Source of the DNA: Candidatus Caldarchaeum sp. | GTDB lineage: Archaea > Thermoproteota > Nitrososphaeria_A > Caldarchaeales > Caldarchaeaceae | Assembly: GCA_033580815.1 (NCBI GenBank) | Contig: JAVQUC010000003.1 | Span: 31,292-95,291, forward strand | Direction of reading: 5' to 3' | Length of the DNA stretch: 64,000 bases | Shown: positions 56,472-64,000 of the stretch, in pieces | How positions within the stretch are numbered: the stretch's first letter is position 1 | Layout: each line of letters starts with the position of its first letter | The notes under the pieces: model-generated | Databases searched by the model: none | Told to the model about the DNA's origin: nothing | What the model saw: the letters and a program-made list of their open reading frames with translations, nothing else | Translations under genes and position numbers: made by a program

Positions 56472-58379
56472 TTGCAACCAGTCCTTCCCTACAGCATGCT
56501 GACGGAGTATGATATCTGGCTTTTCAGGCAGGGACGACATTACCGCTTATACGAAAAAATGGGGGCCCATTTCGTCGTCTCGGACGGGGTGGAAGGTGTC
56601 TACTTCTCTGTTTGGGCTCCGCACGCCTCCCGCGTCTCGGTTATGGGTGATTTCAACCACTGGAACCCTGATTCGCATATCCTACATCCACGGCCGGACG
56701 GCTCGGGAATATGGGAGGGGCTCATCGAAAACATCGGCCCTGGGACGCGGTACAAGTACCACATAGTTTCGTGGAGCGGCTACAGAGCCGACAAAGGAGA
56801 CCCATTCGCCTTCCTTTGGGAAACTCCGCCGGCAACAGCGTCGGTCGTCTGGGACCTCGGATACGATTGGGGAGATGGTGAATGGATGCAAAACCGAGTT
56901 AAACACAATTCTCTGTCCGCTCCGATTTCAATATACGAGGTGCATCTGGGTTCGTGGCGTCACTTCGAAAACATGACCTACGCAAGCATCGGCCGCCAAC
57001 TGGCCGAATACGTAGCGGATTTAGGGTTTACGCATGTCGAGTTGCTGCCGGTTATGGAGCATCCTTTCTACGGTTCATGGGGATACCAGACCACGGGATA
57101 CTTCGCTCCAAGCAGTAGGTACGGCACCCCCCAAGACTTCATGAAGCTCGTCGAAACCCTCCACAACCATGGCATCGGAGTTTTCCTCGACTGGGTGCCA
57201 TCACATTTCCCGACCGACGTCCACGGACTGGTATACTTCGACGGAACACACCTCTACGAATACGAAGACCCACTGATGCGGTACCATCCAGACTGGAACA
57301 GCTACGTTTTTGACTACGGCAAAAACGAGGTCGTTTCTTTCCTCATAAGTAGCGCCTTCTTCTGGCTGGATAAATATCACGTCGATGGGCTTAGGGTTGA
57401 TGCCGTCAGCTCAATGCTTTACAGAGACTATTCACGTAAGCAATGGTCGCCCAACATCTACGGCGGGAAAGAAAACCTCGAAGCCATCAACTTCCTCAGA
57501 GAGTTGAACAAGGCCGTTTACGGAACTTTCCCCGGCGTTCAAATGATCGCGGAGGAGTCGACCGCGTGGCCCCTTGTTTCAAGGCCGGTTTATGCCGGAG
57601 GTCTTGGTTTCGGCATGAAGTGGAACATGGGATGGATGCACGACACCCTCGAATACTTTAGCAAAGACCCTATCTACAGAAAGTACCATCACAACCTCGT
57701 CACTTTCAGCTTCTGGTATGTTTTCAGCGAAAACTACGTACTTCCGATTTCGCACGATGAAGTGGTTTACGGGAAAAAATCGTTGCTGAGTAAAATGCCC
57801 GGCGACCTCTGGCAAAAATTCGCCAACCTCCGTCTTCTTCTCGGATACATGTACGGGTTTCCGGGAAAGAAGCTATTGTTTATGGGAAACGAGTTTGGGC
57901 AGTGGACTGAATGGGACCATTTGCGTCCCCTCGACTGGGCTTTAACGGGCTTCGAGACGCACAGAGGTTTGATGATGCTTGTAAGGGATTTGAACCATGT
58001 TTACCGTAGAGAGCGAGCTCTGCATGAACATGATTTCGACCCGTCCGGGCTTGAAATCGTCGACATGTCCGATGTCGAACAGAGCGTCATCTCCTTTCTC
58101 AGAAAATCCGGGGAAGAGATGGTTTTGGTTGTCTGCAACTTCACACCCGTAACCCGGTACCCGTATTTGGTGGGTGTGCCACGCGACGGGTTCTGGAAGG
58201 AGATAATCAACACCGACGCGACCGTGTATGGCGGAAGCGGGGCCGGAAATCTTGGCGGCAAACAGGCGGAAAAAAGGCCGTGGCATGGAAGGCCCTACAG
58301 CCTCGAACTCGTTCTTCCACCCCTAGCAGCGCTCTACCTAAAACACGAACCAGAAAACAGCTATCCAGAAGACTCGTAG
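56472..58379 (+). CDS. glgB: 1,4-alpha-glucan branching enzyme, GH13 type
   Basis: 635 aa. GH13 regions: [35 protein letters not shown]. It has an N-terminal CBM48-like segment. The start is TTG 56472 or ATG 56499. Confidence 0.9.
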   Translation: MQPVLPYSMLTEYDIWLFRQGRHYRLYEKMGAHFVVSDGVEGVYFSVWAPHASRVSVMGDFNHWNPDSHILHPRPDGSGIWEGLIENIGPGTRYKYHIVSWSGYRADKGDPFAFLWETPPATASVVWDLGYDWGDGEWMQNRVKHNSLSAPISIYEVHLGSWRHFENMTYASIGRQLAEYVADLGFTHVELLPVMEHPFYGSWGYQTTGYFAPSSRYGTPQDFMKLVETLHNHGIGVFLDWVPSHFPTDVHGLVYFDGTHLYEYEDPLMRYHPDWNSYVFDYGKNEVVSFLISSAFFWLDKYHVDGLRVDAVSSMLYRDYSRKQWSPNIYGGKENLEAINFLRELNKAVYGTFPGVQMIAEESTAWPLVSRPVYAGGLGFGMKWNMGWMHDTLEYFSKDPIYRKYHHNLVTFSFWYVFSENYVLPISHDEVVYGKKSLLSKMPGDLWQKFANLRLLLGYMYGFPGKKLLFMGNEFGQWTEWDHLRPLDWALTGFETHRGLMMLVRDLNHVYRRERALHEHDFDPSGLEIVDMSDVEQSVISFLRKSGEEMVLVVCNFTPVTRYPYLVGVPRDGFWKEIINTDATVYGGSGAGNLGGKQAEKRPWHGRPYSLELVLPPLAALYLKHEPENSYPEDS

Positions 58380-59896
58380 TATTTTGCGAGAGTTTTCTCG
58401 ATGTCAAAGTATTGACGCATTGATTTTAACGCGTTTATCTGGACATCGACGTATTTCTCAGGCTTTTCCACGTATAATCTGTGGATTTCTCTGAATTTTC
58501 GGATCATGTCGCCGTAGTCGGCTTCAATTTCCGCTGCCTTCTCATGGTCTGTGTAAATGTTGACGAGGTAGTCGAGTTCTCGTCCGAAAAGCCAGCCGTT
58601 GAACCCGTCTCGGACAACCTCCAGAATGCCGCCGTCGCGAGAAGACAACGAAGGGACTCCGTTTATTCCGGCTTTCATGTAGCTTGTCCCGCAGGCCTCC
58701 CATCCTGGAAAAGGTGTGAAAAGAAGTAGGTCCACCGATGAAAGAATTACCTTGGCCTTTTCAACATCGTAGTCGTGCAGATAAACGACGTTTCGGAATT
58801 TCCTTTCCAGCTCACGGAAACGCTTCATGAAATAGTGACCATCGGCGTCGAAGGGATGGGCCTTTCCGCCCAGGACAAAGAAGATGTTTTCACGGTCAGC
58901 GAATTCGTTTACCAACTTTTCGACAAAATAAGGTCGCTTATACCTCGTGATTCTCCTCGGCCAAGCGACCACGAACATGTTTTCAAAACTCAAACCGTCC
59001 TTGTATTTTCTGAGCAACTCCTCTAGCTGATGGCGCATCTTCCGCCTGGCTCGGAGAAAATCATCGACTTCGATGCTTTTTTTCTGTGCCACTATGCGAG
59101 CTATTTCTGGATGCGTCCATCTTTCTAGGTCTACGCCGTTGGTAACGTGGGAAATTTTGTGTGAGAATGGCTCTGCTACCTGTCGGACGAGCTGTTCATG
59201 CTTGGCGGAGACGGCGAAAGTCCGCGGAGTATTCCGCAGCGCTACGTAATATAACGACAGACCGCCCTCTCCCACGTCTGCTTCCGGAATATCCTTTCTG
59301 ACCGTCTCCGCGTTGACGCCGAAGTTTGTCCACGGAGCGATGGTGTGGACTACGTACCTGGTCTTGCTTTTTAGCTCGGGAAGCAGGTAGGTAATCAACG
59401 CTCCCATGCTTTCTTGCAAATCGATGTAGTCGACGTTTTCGACCCCAATCCTATCGGTTATGTAAGCTTTGGCTGCCTTTGCCAAGATTATCGCCGATAA
59501 ATCCCTTGCATCCTGTTGTTCGTAGACGTAGAGCCTTTCCGTTGCGTGGGCAGCTCTTTCGGGCGAAAGAACATGGAAGAAAACGACCTTCGACCTACCC
59601 ACACTTTTGGCATATGGCCTTACGACGACTTCTTCGCCCAAGTAGCCTGACTGGAAAACGATGTCGGTTTCGACGGCGAGGCTTTCCGTTGTTATGTTCT
59701 GGGGCTTCTGAATTAACTCGTCGTTGGAGAAATCATAATCAACGTAGCCTTTAGGATAGAAGAAAGTGAGTACCGTGTAGGACCAGCCTTTCCGCGCGGC
59801 GGCGTAGAACTTGTCGGCTTCGAGGACGCCGAGGCCGCCGGCGTACACGGGAAAATTGTCTAAAGCTATTTCGGGTGTGATGCTGACAACCCTCAT
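58361..59896 (-). CDS. Short GT35-like alpha-glucan phosphorylase
   Basis: 511 aa. N-terminal [15 protein letters not shown] and C-terminal [25 protein letters not shown] match GT35 motifs (SGGLGxLAGD; EASGTSGMK with the PLP Lys). It lacks the long N-terminal extension of the 700-830-aa forms. The 3' end overlaps glgB by 19 nt. Confidence 0.7.
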   Translation of the reverse strand: MRVVSITPEIALDNFPVYAGGLGVLEADKFYAAARKGWSYTVLTFFYPKGYVDYDFSNDELIQKPQNITTESLAVETDIVFQSGYLGEEVVVRPYAKSVGRSKVVFFHVLSPERAAHATERLYVYEQQDARDLSAIILAKAAKAYITDRIGVENVDYIDLQESMGALITYLLPELKSKTRYVVHTIAPWTNFGVNAETVRKDIPEADVGEGGLSLYYVALRNTPRTFAVSAKHEQLVRQVAEPFSHKISHVTNGVDLERWTHPEIARIVAQKKSIEVDDFLRARRKMRHQLEELLRKYKDGLSFENMFVVAWPRRITRYKRPYFVEKLVNEFADRENIFFVLGGKAHPFDADGHYFMKRFRELERKFRNVVYLHDYDVEKAKVILSSVDLLLFTPFPGWEACGTSYMKAGINGVPSLSSRDGGILEVVRDGFNGWLFGRELDYLVNIYTDHEKAAEIEADYGDMIRKFREIHRLYVEKPEKYVDVQINALKSMRQYFDIEKTLAKYYESSG

Positions 59897-59935
59897 CGTC
59901 GGGCAAGCGACAAATCGTGGTTTTTTACCTTATCT

Positions 59936-61513
59936 TCATCGAACACCTTGAGTACGCTCTAAAGCCATACGACGGGCTTTCTCATAGCAGCGTAGAAGAT
60001 GTTCTAGGGTGTTTTTCTCTCGGAAATTGGTTTCCACCCAAGTAACGGCGCTCTTTCGAATGTTCTTTAACGAGTTGAAGCGGCGGGCTATGAATTCGAG
60101 GGGGATTTTGTTGGCGTATGATGTGTTTCCCGTGTCTATGGCCTCTGTCAGAAACGCGAGCGATGTTATCGCTAACCCGAGATAGGGGGTTTCCTCGAAC
60201 CCTACGAGCATGCCGCCGCCATCGTCGAAAAAGTAGACATCCTTCAAGGTTTCGGCGAGGCCGGGAACGCTGGTCGCGACGACGGGGGTTCCCAAGGCCT
60301 GAGCTTCGACCGAAGATATTCCGAAGGGTTCGTAGCGTGAAGGCATCGCCGCCACGTTAGCCGAGTAAACGACAGCTTTCAGAAGCGACGGCGGCAGGGC
60401 TCCCCACGTAATCATAACCCGTCCATACCGTTTCTCCGCCTGTTGACACAGGTATTGTTCGTGTCCAGCGTCCCCTGAAGAAAGACCCATGACCAACACG
60501 CCTATGGAATGGTCCATGTAGTCGACCGCGTTAATCAGCACGTCGTAGCCTTTTTGCCAAACGAGCCTTCCATGCGCAACGGCGAGAAGACTGCTTTTTT
60601 CAAGAGATCCGCAAACTCTTTCCGCTTTCTTGAGAACCTCGCCCAGCAACACGGATCTCAGCACTTTGCGAGAAGAAGTTCCAAAATGAGAAGATACATA
60701 GTCTACGACCTCTTTTTCCGTCCAGTCGGTCGAGTTGTGGATATAGTCAGTCTTTTGTCGTGGGATGAAAGGCCATCGCGACAGCAGGTTTTCCAAGTAG
60801 CCTCTGCTCACCGATGTCAGCAGGTCTGATTCGAGGGCGGCGAAGGCGTCGACGTTACCTCCCAAACTATCCCAGGCGTCGCTGACCCATGTCGAATACG
60901 TGCCGTCATGCGAAAAGACTCGGTGATAAACGCTCGGTACCCCGCTCCACTGCTCCGAAGCATAATGCCATGGAAAAGACGGGGACGAGACGAGATGGAC
61001 TGTATGAACCCAAGGGACGTTAACGCCTCCGGATAAGTAAATGGTTTTGACGGCCATGGCTGCCAGCGCGGCTGTCCAATCGTTGCTGTGGAGTACGTCC
61101 GGGGGTGTCTTTTCACGGGCCCAGTGAATCACGCCGCGCGTGTAGAGCGAGGTTTTCTCAGCTGCTTCACGGTAGATTTCAGCGTCTTCGAGGAAACGTT
61201 TTGTGCCCGGGTCGAGGCCTCTGAACACGACTATCTTGATGCCGTCAAACAGCCTAGCGTCGGCGGCGATCCTGTAGGGGTAACTGCCTCCGTCGACACC
61301 GGTTCTCACTCCATTCCATTCACCCTCTCTAACCGAATCGGCCAGTTCCTTTCCATGAGAAGGAAGTAGGACCGTGACCTCTACGCCGGCCGAAGAAAGA
61401 GCACGGGCATGCCTCGCAACCGCAGCCCCTAAACCACCGGCCTTGACAAATCCTTCGAATTCGAAGGAAAGAATCCAAACCCTGCGCGGCCACGCCCTAC
61501 TCAATACAATCAC
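59936..61513 (-). CDS. glgA: Glycogen/starch synthase (GT5-like)
   Basis: 525 aa. N-terminal SFEFEGFVKAGGLGAAV (K-x-GGL motif). C-terminal GT-B motifs: PSRYEPFGISSVEAQALGTPVV. Confidence 0.8.
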   Translation of the reverse strand: MIVLSRAWPRRVWILSFEFEGFVKAGGLGAAVARHARALSSAGVEVTVLLPSHGKELADSVREGEWNGVRTGVDGGSYPYRIAADARLFDGIKIVVFRGLDPGTKRFLEDAEIYREAAEKTSLYTRGVIHWAREKTPPDVLHSNDWTAALAAMAVKTIYLSGGVNVPWVHTVHLVSSPSFPWHYASEQWSGVPSVYHRVFSHDGTYSTWVSDAWDSLGGNVDAFAALESDLLTSVSRGYLENLLSRWPFIPRQKTDYIHNSTDWTEKEVVDYVSSHFGTSSRKVLRSVLLGEVLKKAERVCGSLEKSSLLAVAHGRLVWQKGYDVLINAVDYMDHSIGVLVMGLSSGDAGHEQYLCQQAEKRYGRVMITWGALPPSLLKAVVYSANVAAMPSRYEPFGISSVEAQALGTPVVATSVPGLAETLKDVYFFDDGGGMLVGFEETPYLGLAITSLAFLTEAIDTGNTSYANKIPLEFIARRFNSLKNIRKSAVTWVETNFREKNTLEHLLRCYEKARRMALERTQGVR

Positions 61514-61517
61514 TCTT

Positions 61518-63014
61518 TCACGTCAAGGCTATCTTTGCGACTGCGTCTGCATCTCTTTCTCCGAGCTTAAAAGAAACTATGCCTGTGAAAACTCCGAGGT
61601 CGATGATGTTCTTCCCCCGCTTCACAGTGTATTTCTCGGAGAGGGCTGGAAGTGTAGGAAGACTTAGGTCGTATTCGTAGACTGTGAGAATGTTGTCGCG
61701 GCCGAGATGAAGGTGGAGCGTCGGTGACCTGTAGCCGGACAGCGGGATGCCGCCGAAAGCCGTCGCGTCGTGTTTTTCCCCGATAGTCAGCAGACGGTTA
61801 AGGGGGATCGTGAACATGGCTGGAGGTGGTTCGCGCTGTAGTCTATCCACGTCCATGATGACGAATTCTTTTTCTCCGCTGTCGAAAGGCGTGACCTTGG
61901 GGCCTCCGGCGTTTGGGCTGTTGTTTGTGGCGAGCAGGATTTTGTCGCCGACTTTTTCAACGCTTGTAATCCTCGCTCCGAAGGCTGCCACTATTTTCAC
62001 CATCGGCGGCGTTATGTAAAGCAGCACCGAGGGGCCTGCGATTGTGTTGCTGTAGGTTGAGTATGTTTTGGCCTCTTCCGTGGAGGGCTGGTACACCGAG
62101 TCGTGGTGTGCGTTGTAGGGGACAAGGATTCCTCCGCCGACGCTGACGGAATTCGTTCTGAAGGGCGCGTAGAAGTTGAGGAAATCGAGAAGCCGTACGT
62201 GTGTAAATGGTTCGTCGAGGTAAGGGTTGCCGACCACCATTCCCCCGCGGACGAAGGCAAAAACACGGTCGTAGGCAGAAGCCATTTCTCCGAGGGCGGG
62301 CTTGAAAAACTTCTGGCCGTCCAACGAGCGGTGGCCGAAACCATGACTTTCCATCCGGCTTGAGACAAGGTCGAGAAAACGCATTTCCCGCAGACCTGCA
62401 ACATAGTTCTCCCCAACCCCGAAACAGGCCGCGTCCCTTATCAAACAGCCTTTCAAACATTTTTCCGCAAAAACGTTCTCAATAGTTCCCGTTCTTCTGT
62501 CGAGACGGTACACTCCGTTGTTGAAATGTCCATCTTCACGCATGATGAAGAGCTTGTCGTTGAAGGGGTCGTAGAGGATGTCGCCGACCTCAGCCGCCCA
62601 TTCATCGTCTCGGTGAACCGATTCTTTCCAAATCAGACGTACCTCCCGGTTTTCAACGTTGTATTCATGGACGTGTGAAAATTTGTTGGTGAAGACAATT
62701 TTCGAAGTGTCGTCGGTGCTTCTGTAAATCGCCGGCGCGTTCACCCATCCGCCGAAATAGATGAATTCATCGACGCATTCGACAGCGTTGTATGTGTCGC
62801 CGCCCGAACGAGGGCCTTCGCCGACCAGCTCGAACAAATAGGTCTCCTTTTTGTCGGAATGGATGAAATGGGCCTCCGCATCGAACGCGACCGTGTAGTA
62901 GAGAACGTCTCTGTGAAAACGAAGCCCGAATATTCCCCCGCTCCCCCATTCTGGCCCTCTGCGGGGAGGAAAACGCTCCAGTCGGTCGAAAGGCCAGTTC
63001 ATGACCGTCGGCAA
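61518..63014 (-). CDS. Conserved-looking hypothetical protein, 498 aa, upstream of glgA
   Basis: A long ORF with coding-like composition and no TM or signal peptide. It is beta-rich with Gly/aromatic turns (repeat- or propeller-like by eye). No catalytic motif recognised. Its stop lies 4 nt before the glgA start. Confidence 0.6.
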   Translation of the reverse strand: MPTVMNWPFDRLERFPPRRGPEWGSGGIFGLRFHRDVLYYTVAFDAEAHFIHSDKKETYLFELVGEGPRSGGDTYNAVECVDEFIYFGGWVNAPAIYRSTDDTSKIVFTNKFSHVHEYNVENREVRLIWKESVHRDDEWAAEVGDILYDPFNDKLFIMREDGHFNNGVYRLDRRTGTIENVFAEKCLKGCLIRDAACFGVGENYVAGLREMRFLDLVSSRMESHGFGHRSLDGQKFFKPALGEMASAYDRVFAFVRGGMVVGNPYLDEPFTHVRLLDFLNFYAPFRTNSVSVGGGILVPYNAHHDSVYQPSTEEAKTYSTYSNTIAGPSVLLYITPPMVKIVAAFGARITSVEKVGDKILLATNNSPNAGGPKVTPFDSGEKEFVIMDVDRLQREPPPAMFTIPLNRLLTIGEKHDATAFGGIPLSGYRSPTLHLHLGRDNILTVYEYDLSLPTLPALSEKYTVKRGKNIIDLGVFTGIVSFKLGERDADAVAKIALT

Positions 63015-63038
63015 CGCAACCGGCCGACGATAATAACC

Positions 63039-63314
63039 TTAGGGCTTCGAGCCCCTGAACATGAAGAACGTCAGTGGGATGTTTCCGGCAACAAGCCCGG
63101 CAAGCCATAGCGACAGGTCTGCGGCGAGAAGGACGACGTCTACAGACCACAAATTGGCTGGTCCTGTTATCGTGACAACGGTGTGGACCGAATAGGTAAA
63201 GGGGAAACCATACCGCACGTGAACAAAATCGGGCCATTCGTAGAGCTGGCCATGGGTCATCGAAAAAACCGTCAAAGCCGACCGAGCTATGTTGAAAAAT
63301 AGGAGCTGGAGCAC
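63039..63314 (-). CDS. Small two-TM membrane protein
   Basis: This is the C-terminal part of track ORF 63039..63785. GTG 63314 (91 aa) or ATG 63260 (73 aa) gives a hydrophobic product (LQLLFFNIARSALTVF.., VVLLAADLSLWLAGLVAGNIPLTFF). The remainder of the track ORF overlaps the Rdx gene out of frame. Confidence 0.4.
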   Translation of the reverse strand: MLQLLFFNIARSALTVFSMTHGQLYEWPDFVHVRYGFPFTYSVHTVVTITGPANLWSVDVVLLAADLSLWLAGLVAGNIPLTFFMFRGSKP

Positions 63315-63325
63315 GGCGTGTGTGT

Positions 63326-63580
63326 TTATCGCTGTGTTTTGAGCTTGTTTTCTATCATTTCGACGATTTCGTCCTGTGTCGGAAACCTTCTCTGTTGATG
63401 GCGGGAGAAAACGAGCTGGTCGTCGATGTAGACTTCGAAGATTCCGCTGTCCGTTGTGTCCAGAGTCACCGAGAAGTTTTTGTTGAGTTTTTGACCATAC
63501 CTGCTGAGAAGCCCTTTCGCCATGTCCATGGCCTGTGGAAGGTGTCCGCACGGCACGCAGTACCGAATCTTCACGTTCAT
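63326..63580 (-). CDS. Rdx-family (SelW/SelT-like) thioredoxin-fold protein with CxxC
   Basis: The ORF track starts at 63649. ATG 63580 gives MNVKIRYCVPCGHLPQA.., the canonical Rdx N-terminus with a CVPC redox motif. 84 aa. Confidence 0.6.
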   Translation of the reverse strand: MNVKIRYCVPCGHLPQAMDMAKGLLSRYGQKLNKNFSVTLDTTDSGIFEVYIDDQLVFSRHQQRRFPTQDEIVEMIENKLKTQR

Positions 63581-63663
63581 GTGTCCAGCGGTGACGGAGC
63601 TTTGAATTATGTTTTGCGTATCTACGGAAAAAGTAATCAAAGAGCTCATGGAGATATTGTGCC

Positions 63664-64000
63664 ATGGATTTTAGATGGTTCGCGCTGGTTCTGGTCACGC
63701 TTCTGGTTTGGGGAATATGGGGGGTTGCTGCGAGGTTGGCTTCCTCGGCATTGGGTTGGCGAGATACTATGGCGGTCGCCGCCATCGGCTACATGGTCAT
63801 CGCCGTGACATTCATTTTCGCTTCGAGAGCTCAAGTTCTTCCACAAGGCCCTGTCTGGCTTCTGGCGTTGGCCGTTGGCTCGCTCGGTTTCATCGGCACG
63901 CTGACCTTCTACATGGCGCTTAACCTCAACCCCTCATCGATAGTAGTCGTCGCAACATCCCTCTACCCAATAGTAACGCTAGCACTGTCTTTCCTTTTGC
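63664..64000 (+). CDS. EamA/DMT-superfamily membrane protein (partial, runs off the window)
   Basis: Not in the ORF track because it has no stop codon. My own translation from ATG 63664 is MDFRWFALVLVTLLVWGIWGVAARLASSALGWRDTMAVAAIGYMVIAVTFIF..LYPIVTLALSFLL. It has no stop through 64000 and contains 4 TM-like segments. Confidence 0.55.
   Translation, partial: MDFRWFALVLVTLLVWGIWGVAARLASSALGWRDTMAVAAIGYMVIAVTFIFASRAQVLPQGPVWLLALAVGSLGFIGTLTFYMALNLNPSSIVVVATSLYPIVTLALSFLL

Noticed and set aside
63315-63785. Upstream two-thirds of track ORF 63039..63785 (248 aa)
   Set aside because: It is Arg/His/Ser-rich and looks non-coding. It overlaps the Rdx-family gene in another frame and the start of the plus-strand EamA-like gene. 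Only the hydrophobic C-terminal part is kept as a small membrane protein.
1-64000. Search for CRISPR arrays, rRNA genes, IS elements/transposases, integrases and att-site duplications of the three tRNA 3' ends
   Set aside because: By-eye inspection found no regularly spaced direct repeats, no rRNA-like conserved blocks, no DDE/tyrosine-recombinase-like ORFs and no second copy of any tRNA 3' segment. A repeat finder could still reveal short or degenerate elements.

Overview
Gene-dense chromosomal segment, roughly 95% coding, from an archaeon. The archaeal hallmarks are Topo VI subunit A, A-type ATPase subunits, KEOPS Cgi121, deoxyhypusine synthase, archaeal-type TyrRS and MetAP2. AT-rich TATA-like boxes sit about 25-32 nt upstream of many start codons, which suggests leaderless mRNAs. 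GC content looks moderate by eye. A thermophilic TACK-type lineage is my guess and I cannot verify it. I call 62 protein-coding genes (one runs off the right edge), one short HEPN-like gene fragment and three intron-less tRNAs (Asp-GUC, Gly-GCC, Phe-GAA). I saw no rRNA, CRISPR array, transposase or integrase. Contents in order: a divergent Opp/Dpp-type ABC transporter with a 917-aa anchored binding protein; amino-acid metabolism genes (IPMDH family, ThrB, aspartate kinase, IlvE, class V aminotransferase); top6A, class II RNR and TyrRS; a co-directional string DUF255-MFS-E2 acyltransferase-DUF447-RFAP synthase; YeeE/TusA; A-ATPase subunits H and C; Sua5, Cgi121, a diglycine MoaD/ThiS-like Ubl and a HEAT-repeat protein; a three-subunit xanthine-dehydrogenase-family molybdoenzyme; DHS; a beta-CASP nuclease and a membrane-fused KaiC-like ATPase; a Topo IA operon; and a glycogen cluster. 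The most interesting item is the 167-aa HEAT protein at 36565-37068. Its four repeats and two His-Glu dyads match one half of eukaryotic deoxyhypusine hydroxylase, and DHS lies 5 kb away, so it is a candidate for the unidentified archaeal hypusine hydroxylase. Other items worth follow-up: the Ubl-Cgi121 translational coupling, top6A without top6B but followed by an Mre11/SbcD-related phosphoesterase and a SWIM protein, a four-gene Topo IA operon with unknown partners, an unknown 498-aa protein 4 nt upstream of glycogen synthase, and an 887-bp non-coding stretch with hairpins and a HEPN remnant. All family assignments rest on motif reading and memory, not on searches.
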